From IMG/VR virus record IMGVR_UViG_2974692648_000001, positions 160,001 through 224,000 of that record: a DNA stretch of 64,000 nucleotides; one strand, 5' to 3'. Position numbers and translations under genes: made by a program. The DNA comes from a virus. Taxonomy: Duplodnaviria > Caudoviricetes. The notes beneath the pieces were generated by a model, which ran no database searches, was not told where the DNA came from, and was given only the letters and a program-made list of their open reading frames with translations. This document shows positions 9,868 to 19,234 of this stretch, one piece after another. How positions within the stretch are numbered: the stretch's first letter is position 1; every line of letters begins with the position of its first letter.

Positions 9868-10756
9868 CACACTAACATACGGTAACATCGAATTAGCGAT
9901 GGCCGAGAACAAAGGGGTATTAAAACCCAACGCTGACGGCTACTACCGTATAGCAGGTGGTGGTTTTAACATTCCTAACCGTTTGGGTATCACGTACCGA
10001 ATGAACCAATATTTACTGTCTTGTTTAGAACAAGGCGATACAGTAGGTAGTGGTAGTGATCTTCGTCGTCGTATTGAACGCGGCGAAGCTTACATGGAAA
10101 TGAACCATCCAGTTCAGTGGTTCTATGAAAAGATCGATGGTAAAGTCGTCCGTACTCAAATCACCGATTTGATGACATGGATCAATCGACTTAAAACTAT
10201 CGACATGGATCGAGTTTGTGCTAGCATTGGTGAAATCCACCCAGACTTCAGTAAGTTCGATCCTCGCACTTTGAATGGCCCTGTGACGTTCGATATTGAA
10301 GCGATGCCTCACGGTCCTTTCGGTCACATGTTCAAAGAAAACCTGGACACACCGAAAATGGGCACTGCTGTTAGTATCCGTACCGTAACAGCTCCTCAAC
10401 AGTTTGGTTCAGTGGTTCGTGAAGTCGAATACTGGACTGGTTTGGACTGGGTACCTGAACCTGGATTTGCAGAAGCAACTAAGTACCGCACTGGAGTTTC
10501 TCAAGTAGGTGGTTTAGAGTCTTTGATGCAAGACCTAGGACACCGCGATGAAAACACTGGGTTAACTGTATCAGCGGCTGAATCCATCGAACTTATGGAA
10601 GCAGCATTAGGTAACAAGAACCAAATCGTTACTCGTGAAGGTATGGAATCGTTTAACCAACTTAACGACATGCTGGCAACGCTTAAGAAAAATCACCATA
10701 TTGTTGATGGTAAGCGTGAGGTAGTTAAGTCGGTCAATCCAATGACTCTGTTCTAG
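9860..10756 (+). CDS. Prohead (head maturation) serine protease, phiKZ gp175-like
   Basis: EMNHP (His), AVSIRT (Ser) and DWVPEPG motifs; C-terminal GLES/GMES self-cleavage-like sites. ATG 9860 follows the RBS AAGGTGG. Confidence 0.85.
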   Translation: MSNTLTYGNIELAMAENKGVLKPNADGYYRIAGGGFNIPNRLGITYRMNQYLLSCLEQGDTVGSGSDLRRRIERGEAYMEMNHPVQWFYEKIDGKVVRTQITDLMTWINRLKTIDMDRVCASIGEIHPDFSKFDPRTLNGPVTFDIEAMPHGPFGHMFKENLDTPKMGTAVSIRTVTAPQQFGSVVREVEYWTGLDWVPEPGFAEATKYRTGVSQVGGLESLMQDLGHRDENTGLTVSAAESIELMEAALGNKNQIVTREGMESFNQLNDMLATLKKNHHIVDGKREVVKSVNPMTLF

Positions 10757-10767
10757 ACCTTATTAAG

Positions 10768-10800
10768 TGGGCGGGGTTTCCCGTCCTCTTCTTTGCTTTT
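10768..10800 (+). terminator. Intrinsic terminator after the protease gene
   Basis: GGGCGGG-GTTT-CCCGTCC hairpin followed by TCTTCTTTGCTTTT. Confidence 0.6.
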
Positions 10801-10865
10801 AATAAATTTTTACTTGGGTGGTTAATATATTGGTAACTACTCTAATTCAAAAAAGGAACACGTAA

Positions 10866-11531
10866 ATGTACGTATCATACACACAAAAACTGGCTATCAT
10901 CTCTACCATGGCATCGGTGCGCGGCGAAGTGATGATCATAAAAGGTTTAGAAGAAGGCGGGCGTACTGTTTGGAACAACTATCGTGACAAGGCTACTGGT
11001 TCTCACTTGATCGAAGGCGTTGCGTTCAGTAACTTGAAAACAGAGTCTTTGAAGTCGTTCTCAGCCGCAGTACTGAAACTGGCTTTCGACGCCAAAGGTA
11101 AAGTACTAAACGGTTACAGCGATGACATGATTGTCGAGAAACACGACCGTTTCACTTCAACTATTTCTCGCCTAGCAGCAGTGAACAATCTTACTTTTGA
11201 ACGAGCGTTTTCTACTATCATGTCTACGGTTGTCGGTTACGATCAAACTATGGTTGAATCCATTCTGGAAATGAATGAAACCAAAGAAGACATTGCTAAA
11301 CTGACATTTGAACACGGCATCCGCAAACATGGTCTAGCTGACGCAGAATACGCCGACGTGATGGTAGTGAGTGCTTTGGACCCAGAACTTATCGAGCAAC
11401 TGCATGAACAACGTGACTTGTTCTGGAACGAAGCTTTAAATAACGTTGCAGGTAAAGACTACCTAGATGCTTTCGAGATGGTTAAAGACATTATTACTGT
11501 ACGTGTAGTTCAACCTAACACTTTACAGTAA
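10866..11531 (+). CDS. Conserved hypothetical/virion protein (gp174-like by position)
   Basis: 221 aa; RBS AAGGA; follows the protease as in phiKZ-like phages. Confidence 0.55.
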   Translation: MYVSYTQKLAIISTMASVRGEVMIIKGLEEGGRTVWNNYRDKATGSHLIEGVAFSNLKTESLKSFSAAVLKLAFDAKGKVLNGYSDDMIVEKHDRFTSTISRLAAVNNLTFERAFSTIMSTVVGYDQTMVESILEMNETKEDIAKLTFEHGIRKHGLADAEYADVMVVSALDPELIEQLHEQRDLFWNEALNNVAGKDYLDAFEMVKDIITVRVVQPNTLQ

Positions 11532-11543
11532 TTGCTAAATATT

Positions 11544-11568
11544 TTTAAACCTATATAACTTAGGTGAA
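11544..11568 (+). promoter_or_regulatory. Putative early (vRNAP) promoter
   Basis: TTTAAACCTATATAACTTAGGTGAA; variant of the phiKZ early motif TATATTAC; recurs at 12161, 15602, 23727 and 61718. Confidence 0.7.
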
Positions 11569-11643
11569 GAAAGACCACAGCGTCAAGGGATAGGTCATCA
11601 ACTGATTCCCTTTTATTATCATTAATCGTAATCGAGGTTACTC

Positions 11644-12090
11644 ATGTCTAAAGAAACTCAACCAAACTACTCTGATCTTCAAAAATCGCTTATTGAAAAT
11701 CTAAAGAAAAATCACGAATACAACAAAGCGACCAATGTGGTAGTTTTTGATGCTGACAAACTAGAGATGCCGGAGGGTGTAACTAGCGACACGATTCAAA
11801 ACCACGTGAACTACTTTAACCAGTTAAGCGGTGCGGTGGAAGTGACTAACGCCGAAATCACACGCGAATTACATAAAGAGAACGAAGAACACCTCATGAC
11901 CGAAGGTACACTAAACCTTCCTGGGTTGACGTTCAACACCCAACACAACCTCCGTATAGAAGTTGGTGATGACACACTTTATGGCGGTAGTACAACCATG
12001 ACGGACTTCCAACACACGGAAGAAGCTTCGGATTGGTTGGCGGCTCAGCGAGAGTCAAATGAATCTTTAGCACGTAAGTTGTTTAGCTAA
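11644..12090 (+). CDS. Hypothetical protein, monocistronic early gene
   Basis: 148 aa; RBS GAGGT; has its own promoter and terminator. Confidence 0.8.
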   Translation: MSKETQPNYSDLQKSLIENLKKNHEYNKATNVVVFDADKLEMPEGVTSDTIQNHVNYFNQLSGAVEVTNAEITRELHKENEEHLMTEGTLNLPGLTFNTQHNLRIEVGDDTLYGGSTTMTDFQHTEEASDWLAAQRESNESLARKLFS

Positions 12091-12096
12091 GCATCT

Positions 12097-12140
12097 GACC
12101 TCTACTCCTTCACGGGAGTAGGGGTTCTATTTGCTTTCTT
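12097..12140 (+). terminator. Intrinsic terminator
   Basis: CCTCTACTCC-TTCAC-GGGAGTAGGGG followed by TTCTATTTGCTTTCTT. Confidence 0.8.
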
Positions 12141-12160
12141 ATTTTTTTACTTATAGTTCT

Positions 12161-12186
12161 TTTCAAATCTATATAACCTAAGTGAA
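12161..12186 (+). promoter_or_regulatory. Putative early promoter
   Basis: TTTCAAATCTATATAACCTAAGTGAA; near-identical to 23727-23750. Confidence 0.75.
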
Positions 12187-12234
12187 TAACAATGTGTTAT
12201 TCATCATTCATTAACCTTTACTAAGGAAATATTT

Positions 12235-12678
12235 ATGTACATTACTATCGCAGTTATTGCGCTACTTTTCGTAGCGTGGGTTGTTTACTCTTACCATAAT
12301 CGAATCGATGCTTACGAGTACGGTGGAAGTATTTTTGGTAATCGTGTTTCACTTACCTTCAAGACCAAACAAGGTGACCATCACATCATCCTAGAGTTGG
12401 GTCAGCATGACGAAGAACATCGGTATGACGGAGATACATTAATCATCACTCGTGCGGTAGCGGATGCTGAGTGTCTTCGTAGATCGTTCACCGTTAAAGA
12501 CATTCGAGAAAGCGGCCCGGCTGGTGAGTTCCTTTACAAAATCATGACTGATAATCTTGAGGACGAAGACTTCATGTTCCGTCATGCTTCAAGCATGCGT
12601 AAATTACGTAAGTACGTGCTTTCAAACTTCATGACGTTACAACTACGTCACTTGTATACCAAGCAAGTTGTTTTGTAA
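12235..12678 (+). CDS. N-terminally membrane-anchored hypothetical protein (array member 1)
   Basis: Hydrophobic residues ~3-20, then a soluble beta-strand/helix domain; RBS AAGGA. Confidence 0.75.
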   Translation: MYITIAVIALLFVAWVVYSYHNRIDAYEYGGSIFGNRVSLTFKTKQGDHHIILELGQHDEEHRYDGDTLIITRAVADAECLRRSFTVKDIRESGPAGEFLYKIMTDNLEDEDFMFRHASSMRKLRKYVLSNFMTLQLRHLYTKQVVL

Positions 12679-12693
12679 GCACTAAAGTAATTC

Positions 12694-12721
12694 GATAGGA
12701 GGAACTCCCTCCTATCTTTTT
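12694..12721 (+). terminator. Intrinsic terminator
   Basis: GATAGGAGG-AACTC-CCTCCTATC-TTTTT. Confidence 0.8.
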
Positions 12722-12739
12722 AGAGCAAGTGAGGTTATC

Positions 12740-12847
12740 ATGATTAAACTATTTTTCTTTCTATTCGTCGCCTACTACTTCATTAAGTTTATTCGAACTT
12801 GGTGGCGAGCTTTAAATAATTTCAACAAACTTTTCAATAAGGATTAA
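12740..12847 (+). CDS. 35-aa membrane micro-protein (MIKLFFFLFVAYYFIKFIRTWWRALNNFNKLFNKD)
   Basis: RBS GAGGT upstream; stop 4 nt before the next ATG; hydrophobic N-terminus followed by basic/aromatic residues. Not in the ORF track. Confidence 0.7.
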   Translation: MIKLFFFLFVAYYFIKFIRTWWRALNNFNKLFNKD

Positions 12848-12851
12848 GTCC

Positions 12852-13325
12852 ATGAACCTATTAGTTATTCTACCAATCACTCTTCTTGCTCTAGTACTTT
12901 GCATTGTAGTTTACCGTCAATACAACGTAGACGGTGTTGAATCACTATTTATGCGTTGGTTCGATACTGGTGATCGTTTTACAGTAGCAGTTTACAATAC
13001 TGAAACAAACGACCACGAACTAACTCTTATGGTGGTACGTGACCGTACTCGCCCTACTGAGTTAGTATATGACAACGACAACAAATCATACGTACTTTCA
13101 TTAGGTACAAACCCACGTGAGCCTTACGAGACTCACATGCGCGCTCTAGAAGCTTTACAGTACAACCAAATCGAACGTGAAGGTAAAGAACACATCCTTT
13201 ACAAAGATCTTGAGATCATCCGTATGATCATGACCGATACTGTGGACCCTCGCTTCAACGAACAAACTAAAGATCAATTCGAGACGGTACGTAAACAATA
13301 CGCACACTTCTTGGACAGCATGTAA
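12852..13325 (+). CDS. N-terminally membrane-anchored hypothetical protein (array member 2)
   Basis: LLVILPITLLALVLCIVVY transmembrane segment; RBS AAGGA. Confidence 0.75.
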   Translation: MNLLVILPITLLALVLCIVVYRQYNVDGVESLFMRWFDTGDRFTVAVYNTETNDHELTLMVVRDRTRPTELVYDNDNKSYVLSLGTNPREPYETHMRALEALQYNQIEREGKEHILYKDLEIIRMIMTDTVDPRFNEQTKDQFETVRKQYAHFLDSM

Positions 13326-13353
13326 TACCACCGATAATAAAAGAGAAATAATT

Positions 13354-14013
13354 ATGGAATTCACAACTTTACAAGCAGCGTTAGCTATCATCTTTACTTT
13401 AAGCGTTGTGGCGCTTTACACTTACTTTAACGGGTTACGTCGTGACCCTAATAAAAGTTTCACCTTCGAAGTAACCAATACACGTGGTGTTATTATTGTG
13501 AAAGCGTGCAATGCCATAAGACCGGAGCTTGGGTTTGAAGCGCATTTCTATCCAACTAAAAGAGAGAAAGTGGAAGAGTTTGTTAAAAGCATTGACGGGG
13601 AGGAGTTGGAAATCTTTGCTTTCCGTGAAGGTCGTCAACGTCCAGCCTACGCTAAACCTCACATGCAACAATACTTCGGAAAGCGTGTCTACACGTTCCG
13701 TGGTGTGAATACTGACTCTCATTACTTGGACATTAACTTGTTGGGTGAACAGATCATCGACATTTGTTTGCAACAACAATTAACTACGTCTGAAGACCGT
13801 GTCAAGTTTGATATGGGTCTGTTACGTGATCTATTGTTTGGATTCGAATACGAAGAGATGCAATTAGCTTCACAAGTGTATTCACCGGAGATGTTTAACT
13901 CTATCGTATCAGCGAGCAAAGAGTTCTCCAAAGTGAACGCATTGAGTTACAAAATCCAATCGGATTCTGTTCAACCTAAAGTTTCATACAAGTGGTTGCA
14001 ACAACCAGCATGA
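13354..14013 (+). CDS. N-terminally membrane-anchored hypothetical protein (array member 3)
   Basis: AALAIIFTLSVVALYTYF transmembrane segment. Confidence 0.75.
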   Translation: MEFTTLQAALAIIFTLSVVALYTYFNGLRRDPNKSFTFEVTNTRGVIIVKACNAIRPELGFEAHFYPTKREKVEEFVKSIDGEELEIFAFREGRQRPAYAKPHMQQYFGKRVYTFRGVNTDSHYLDINLLGEQIIDICLQQQLTTSEDRVKFDMGLLRDLLFGFEYEEMQLASQVYSPEMFNSIVSASKEFSKVNALSYKIQSDSVQPKVSYKWLQQPA

Positions 14014-14492
14014 CTTTAATGTGGATGGGATTATTGGTCGTGGTTTTAGTGGGGGCGGGGATACACGCCCTCAATACTAAATACCATGGTGTTGGTGACT
14101 TTTATTACGTTACCTTGAGGACAGAGGAAGCCGGAAGATTGGTGCTCAATTTCGAGTGCTCTGACTCCAACAAGTCTTTCTCTTTAGTGTTAATTTCTAA
14201 TGGATTAGAAAACGTCTTAGATGAAGAATTGAACACCAGCAGTGACTCGTCCACTACTTATTTGAGTTACTACACTGGTAAACATTTCTACACGGGTATC
14301 ATGAACCAGATTCAAACGTGTCTCTATCTAAGTAGAGGAGACCGTCAACTGAAAGAAAGGTTATTGATAGTCCATGATCTAATCGCTCTAATCTATCGTC
14401 AGCAAGACACGATGCGAATCACTGATAAAGGTAACTTTGAAGTGGGGTATCGTGCAGCTAGGTGTATCAAGGCTTTAGGGAGAATACCATGA
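14010..14492 (+). CDS. N-terminally membrane-anchored hypothetical protein (array member 4)
   Basis: ATGA overlap at 14010; LMWMGLLVVVLVGAGI transmembrane segment. Confidence 0.75.
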   Translation: MTLMWMGLLVVVLVGAGIHALNTKYHGVGDFYYVTLRTEEAGRLVLNFECSDSNKSFSLVLISNGLENVLDEELNTSSDSSTTYLSYYTGKHFYTGIMNQIQTCLYLSRGDRQLKERLLIVHDLIALIYRQQDTMRITDKGNFEVGYRAARCIKALGRIP

Positions 14493-15007
14493 TCTTTGTA
14501 TTAACGTTTATCACATTACTGACCGTCGGGTCTTTATTTTCAGCAGATCAATACCAACCAATTTACATTTTTATGATCTTAGTAGTTTCAGCAGGATGGT
14601 GCATTATGAAACTACTCGACAATAAATCTCAAAAGCGTTTCCGCGTTAACGCCGTTCGTAAGGATGACGTAACTCGTTTTGAGATTTATGATCATAACGA
14701 CAAGGTTAAGTTCGTACTAGTCGTTATGGAGAACACGGAGGGGTATAGTTTATTAGAACGAGATTATCATTCTTTAAACTCTTTAACTTGGTGCACTCCT
14801 AATCAAGAACGCGACTCTTTGAATTTAGTCAAACTCCTTAGTTCATTGGACGAGTCGGAGCGCAATACCGTCACTGAACAATTCTTTAACTTACTGTTGG
14901 TGCTGACCCACCAAAAACCCGTCATCAGTCATACTTGTTATGAAGACTACTCGATCTCTGAATCCGCAAAAGAACAGTTTGCGAGTTCGCTTCGTCTGGC
15001 TCTTTAA
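14489..15007 (+). CDS. Membrane protein with two N-terminal TM segments (array member 5)
   Basis: ATGA overlap with RBS GGGAG; two hydrophobic helices, then a soluble domain. Confidence 0.75.
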   Translation: MIFVLTFITLLTVGSLFSADQYQPIYIFMILVVSAGWCIMKLLDNKSQKRFRVNAVRKDDVTRFEIYDHNDKVKFVLVVMENTEGYSLLERDYHSLNSLTWCTPNQERDSLNLVKLLSSLDESERNTVTEQFFNLLLVLTHQKPVISHTCYEDYSISESAKEQFASSLRLAL

Positions 15008-15045
15008 TAAGCGCTGATGTTCAATATACTCAGAAGGAAACAATA

Positions 15046-15522
15046 ATGAAAAGTAAATTCTCTTGTTTATTACTCATGTGCATCAGCATGGCTGTGTCAG
15101 CAGACTACGTTGTACTGGATCAAACCTCCACACAAAAATGGGAGTATAATCCAGGTAAGGACGCTTTCACCTACCAATTCAATTATCAAGTTAATCGTTC
15201 ATTGGAATTGAGTTTCTTTTGTGACCCTATCCAGGGTGAAGGGAAATTTAAATTAATACTGGATGGGCGTATATATGAAGAGAAAGATTTGGGTAAGTTG
15301 TATGGCTATGATTCGTACTACGACTTGGCTCAGAACATGGGGTTCGCTCCAGGTGAATGGAACTACGGTGACTTCGCTCATTTCTTCGCACAATACGAAA
15401 CCATATGGTTTACTGATAAGGATGGGAAGGAACTCACTTCTTTCCCCAACGACAACAGGATGGCGGCTAATGAACTTTTCTCATTCAGAAAAGAGTGTCG
15501 TGCAGTTGTGCTAGATAAATAA
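15046..15522 (+). CDS. Secreted/periplasmic hypothetical protein
   Basis: Sec-type signal peptide MKSKFSCLLLMCISMAVSA|D; RBS AAGGA. Confidence 0.7.
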   Translation: MKSKFSCLLLMCISMAVSADYVVLDQTSTQKWEYNPGKDAFTYQFNYQVNRSLELSFFCDPIQGEGKFKLILDGRIYEEKDLGKLYGYDSYYDLAQNMGFAPGEWNYGDFAHFFAQYETIWFTDKDGKELTSFPNDNRMAANELFSFRKECRAVVLDK

Positions 15523-15542
15523 TAATTAAAAAGGCTGATGTA

Positions 15543-15574
15543 GGGAGGTGGGTTATCCACCTCCCGTTCTTTTA
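15543..15574 (+). terminator. Intrinsic terminator
   Basis: GGGAGGTGG-GTTAT-CCACCTCCC followed by GTTCTTTT. Confidence 0.8.
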
Positions 15575-15601
15575 CACTTTATTTTTTTACTAAATATTAT
15601 T

Positions 15602-15621
15602 AAATCTATATTATCAAAGTG
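15602..15621 (+). promoter_or_regulatory. Putative early promoter
   Basis: AAATCTATATTATCAAAGTG, same motif family, with an AT-rich upstream region. Confidence 0.6.
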
Positions 15622-15653
15622 TTATGAGACTTAGTTTTCTTAAGGAAGCAACT

Positions 15654-16445
15654 ATGAAAGAACGCATCGACAAATATCAAGCCAGGTTTTTATGGTTAGC
15701 TGAGCAAGCTGGAATTACCGTTAATAAACCTATTGTAGGTTTTTGCACATCAAGTATTAACAAGAACGACTCCGCACACAATCTAGAACATGTGTTAGCG
15801 GTTGTAAAGCTCGGGGTGGAGCTAGGAATAAAGAAGGGATACTACGGCACCAAAGAAATGCTAATCGTCTACTACGGATGTTTGATGCACGATTTAGGTT
15901 GCCGTTGGGATAGAGCTTCGCATCATGTGGAGTCCGCTATATTAGCAGAGGAATTACTAACTTCATTTGGTGGTAAGGAATTAACTGGGGAACAAATAGC
16001 ACAAGTGGGACTGTGTTGTTTGGAACACCGCAGTAGTTATAAAGGTGGTCCGACTACGGAACTTAGTACCTTGGTGGCTTTAGCGGACCGAGGTAAACCT
16101 AACTTTCCTTTATACGTAATGCGGAGTTTCTTGTTTCGTTGTAAGGAAGAGTTGACCCAACGTCAAATGACTAACGAGATCTACAACCACTTGTTAGAAA
16201 AGTTTGGTCGTTCGGAAGGTTATAACTGGGATAGCTATCCTAGTAGTGGATTGGATTTGTTTGCTGAAGATTGGCGGACTTTTGATCGACTACTCCTACG
16301 CAAAAACGTAAATTCATTAGTCAATACCTACACTGAACAGTACAACCGAACGGGATTAGTTCGTCCGGTTGAGCACATAGACACCCACTACATGGGGTTG
16401 TGGGGTAAACGTAATAATGACCGTAAGATACGGTTTAAGGGATAA
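15654..16445 (+). CDS. HD-domain phosphohydrolase
   Basis: H...H (AHNLEHV), MHD, HH, EH and ALAD motifs; ATG 15654 follows the RBS AAGGA. Confidence 0.85.
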   Translation: MKERIDKYQARFLWLAEQAGITVNKPIVGFCTSSINKNDSAHNLEHVLAVVKLGVELGIKKGYYGTKEMLIVYYGCLMHDLGCRWDRASHHVESAILAEELLTSFGGKELTGEQIAQVGLCCLEHRSSYKGGPTTELSTLVALADRGKPNFPLYVMRSFLFRCKEELTQRQMTNEIYNHLLEKFGRSEGYNWDSYPSSGLDLFAEDWRTFDRLLLRKNVNSLVNTYTEQYNRTGLVRPVEHIDTHYMGLWGKRNNDRKIRFKG

Positions 16446-16448
16446 AGA

Positions 16449-17357
16449 GTGATTTATACAAACTTCAAAGAACTGGGCCAGCGTGTACTTAATGAAGGTG
16501 AGGTTATCCATAACCAACGCACTGGTAAAAACTGCCTTACGGTAATTAATGCGGACCTAACGTATCATAATGACTTAGGCGCTGTACCAGCTAATACTCT
16601 TCGCCAATCACCTTTCTATTTAGGTGTTGGTGAACTATTAGGTTACTGGAAGGGGTTAATGAATGCCGCGGATTTTCGTGCTTTGATGACTAAGTCTTGG
16701 GATGCGAATGCCAACGAAAATAAAGCGTGGTTAAATAACCCCAACCGTCTTGGTGAAGATGACATGGGTGTGGTTTACGGTGCAGTTGCCAACCATTGGC
16801 CGATCATGGAGTTTGTGAATCGGTCAGCGCGCATTAAGGATGACGGTACTTTAGATTTACGTCATTCTGGCGAAATTGATATACTGCACAAGATCTATAC
16901 GGATTTAAGTAATGGTCTGGATGATCGTGGTGAGATCCTTAACTTCTGGAATCCGGGGATGTTTGATTTAGGATGTTTACGTCCTTGTATGTATTCCCAC
17001 CACTGGTCACTGGTAAACGATAACATGTACCTGAACTCAACGCAACGCTCAGCGGATTTAGGATTGGGCGTAAGCTCCAACATGATTCAAGTTTTCTTGA
17101 GCAATGCGCTGATGGCACAGATTACAGGTCATCATGCTAAAGAGTCTTATCATAAGCTGGTTAACGTACATTTGTATGAAGACCAAATTGACCTGTTCCG
17201 TGGTGAGATGGAGCGAGAACCTTTGGAAGCACCTACGTTGTGGATTAACCCAGACATTAAAACGCTGGAGGACGTTCGCACTTGGGTAACTCCTAAAGAC
17301 TTCAAGCTTATCGACTACAAGCATCACGACAAAATCGTGTATCCGTTTACCGTTTAG
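16449..17357 (+). CDS. thyA: Thymidylate synthase
   Basis: RTG, catalytic LRPC, QRSAD...N (dUMP-specific Asn) and HLY motifs. Confidence 0.95.
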   Translation: MIYTNFKELGQRVLNEGEVIHNQRTGKNCLTVINADLTYHNDLGAVPANTLRQSPFYLGVGELLGYWKGLMNAADFRALMTKSWDANANENKAWLNNPNRLGEDDMGVVYGAVANHWPIMEFVNRSARIKDDGTLDLRHSGEIDILHKIYTDLSNGLDDRGEILNFWNPGMFDLGCLRPCMYSHHWSLVNDNMYLNSTQRSADLGLGVSSNMIQVFLSNALMAQITGHHAKESYHKLVNVHLYEDQIDLFRGEMEREPLEAPTLWINPDIKTLEDVRTWVTPKDFKLIDYKHHDKIVYPFTV

Positions 17358-17369
17358 TTGATTAAATCA

Positions 17370-17402
17370 GGTGGGTCCTTCGGGACCCACTCCTTTTTTG
17401 CA
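17370..17402 (+). terminator. Intrinsic terminator
   Basis: GTGGGTCC-TTCG-GGACCCAC followed by TCCTTTTTTGCA. Confidence 0.85.
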
Positions 17403-17429
17403 CTTTAAAAATTTATTAAGGATGTTTCC

Positions 17430-17879
17430 ATGCAAACTGAACCAAATAAGTTTGAATCAGAAAAGATTCGTTATCAAAGAAACAAAAAGTCAATTCTGGA
17501 ACGCTGCGATGTTTCATGTCGGGAGGTCATCCAGTCATTAAACCAATGTTGTTATCTGGGGACAAGATACTGCTGTGAGGGACATGAGACTAACGACAAT
17601 GTAGTTTATTCCATCCAAATGGTTTACCGTAATGAAGCATTTGAAAAACTTATTATGTTGTATCACCTGCTCACTGATGCTTTTGACGAACCCAATGTCG
17701 TTGAAATGAAGTTTGCAAGAAAAAGAACAACAGTCAGCAACAATAATGCCCTGCACGTAGTTACCTTCTTTGTACGTCGTGATACTTACAAGAAACCTAG
17801 CGCTGATGAAGTCTCTCAAATTTTCATGAATTGGATTGAGACTTACCGTGTTAGCGAACCGACTCATTTCTATTCATGA
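17430..17879 (+). CDS. Hypothetical protein
   Basis: 149 aa; RBS AAGGA; contains a TRYCCEGH motif. Confidence 0.7.
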   Translation: MQTEPNKFESEKIRYQRNKKSILERCDVSCREVIQSLNQCCYLGTRYCCEGHETNDNVVYSIQMVYRNEAFEKLIMLYHLLTDAFDEPNVVEMKFARKRTTVSNNNALHVVTFFVRRDTYKKPSADEVSQIFMNWIETYRVSEPTHFYS

Positions 17880-17885
17880 GGTTAA

Positions 17886-18524
17886 ATGATGAAAAATTTC
17901 TACATGCAAATAAACGACGACAACTTCCGTGTTCAGTTTACTTCCGACCGAGACAGTTATTGGACTTGCGAAACCAGAGGTGGGAAACCCGTCTGGAGAG
18001 ATAAGCTGAAATATCATCCGGAAGAAGGTGAACCCGAACGGGTGATGTTCGGTAGTCGACTGCTGTACGATAACGTTATGGATTTGTCATGTAACGACAT
18101 GCTAGATGCTGCCAAAGTTTTTGGTCTCGATGAATTGAAACCGGGCACTTACAAGATCCGACCTCCTGGTTGTTATTTCTACGAGGTAGGTTTAACTTAT
18201 TGGTATGGCATTACTGAATCGGGCCGAGTCATAGCAGTGACGCTATCTAAATCTAACTTGACCATTGAAGAATATGATAAAGAAGGGAACTACTTTATCG
18301 ACCCGGATAATGAAGGCACGCGTGTGGCTGAAGCGGTTGGGATTTTCTCTGCCGAGGAAACGCTACTTTGGGTGATGATGGTCGTCATGCGACCTGAGGT
18401 ACCTAAGATGTTAAAAAGTTATTATCGTCCTGACGACACTATATCTATCCATACGGTAAATTACAGTGAAGGTCTGATCGAGGAATGGGTCGGTAAATTT
18501 GAAAAAGCATTGGAGGAATTGTAA
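17886..18524 (+). CDS. Proteasome/HslV (Ntn)-fold-like paralog A, lacking the N-terminal Thr
   Basis: Clear paralog of 19235-19879. Shares FGL....PGTY and the strand pattern with 18524 and 19876. Confidence 0.5.
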   Translation: MMKNFYMQINDDNFRVQFTSDRDSYWTCETRGGKPVWRDKLKYHPEEGEPERVMFGSRLLYDNVMDLSCNDMLDAAKVFGLDELKPGTYKIRPPGCYFYEVGLTYWYGITESGRVIAVTLSKSNLTIEEYDKEGNYFIDPDNEGTRVAEAVGIFSAEETLLWVMMVVMRPEVPKMLKSYYRPDDTISIHTVNYSEGLIEEWVGKFEKALEEL

Positions 18525-19231
18525 TGACCATCGTCGTTTTCCATAAAGGTACTTTCATGGCCGATTCATTAAGTCGTCACGGTGCCGAATTAGAAGCAGA
18601 ACATCGAGGTCGAGAGGCTTCCAAATCACATCTTAAGATTTATCCGGTTCCTGAAGACGTGCCTAAGTTTGATGACGGAAGCGGTACGTTAAAGACTCCG
18701 GACTTCATGGGTTCAGCTGGATCGACTTTCGCTATTCGGGTGACTACACTTTTTTTAAGTGACTTGTTGACTCCGTTCGGACTAACTAATTTCGTTCCCG
18801 GAACTTATAACTTACAAACCTGCAATTTACAAGTAAACACTAATCGTGTTGCATGGTTTTTATTCCGGGTAGGTGAACAATGTTTCCGGGTTGAATACGA
18901 AGGGAACAAACTCATCATCGGTGAATTAAAAGACGCCGACATCATTGGGAGTGCCAAGGGTTCATATAACTTTTTATTGAAAGTGTTGTATGACACCTTT
19001 AATCCTCCGCTTAATAAGAAGTTTGTTGCGTTGAACTTTTTGTTGTTGTCGGGCATCGACGAAACCATTGGTGGTGATCTTTGGGTGGTAAACAAAGGTG
19101 AAAGAGAAATTACCGCGTCATCTCCCAAACTTAGTGATAAAGTTAAAAAGAAACTGGTCAAGGATTATCGTGAGAATTTGTACAAAAAAGCTAATCTCAC
19201 TTTACCTGTTGAAGAAAAGAAAGAGGATTAA
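18524..19231 (+). CDS. Proteasome beta/HslV-like Ntn peptidase, paralog B
   Basis: M-TIVV...MADS (Thr1, Asp17-equivalent), HLKI (Lys33-equivalent), GSAG, IGS, DETIGG; TAATG coupling to A. Confidence 0.75.
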   Translation: MTIVVFHKGTFMADSLSRHGAELEAEHRGREASKSHLKIYPVPEDVPKFDDGSGTLKTPDFMGSAGSTFAIRVTTLFLSDLLTPFGLTNFVPGTYNLQTCNLQVNTNRVAWFLFRVGEQCFRVEYEGNKLIIGELKDADIIGSAKGSYNFLLKVLYDTFNPPLNKKFVALNFLLLSGIDETIGGDLWVVNKGEREITASSPKLSDKVKKKLVKDYRENLYKKANLTLPVEEKKED

Positions 19232-19234
19232 ACA

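Noticed and set aside
12424-12435. TATGACGGAGAT (YDGD) as the micro-exon; similar DGD codons occur in the Ig genes
   Set aside because: These lie inside ordinary ORFs with no flanking intron structure and are expected by chance.
16449-17357. DNA hypermodification enzyme (dCMP hydroxymethylase)
   Set aside because: It retains the Asn specificity residue and canonical ThyA motifs, and no glycosyltransferase is nearby.
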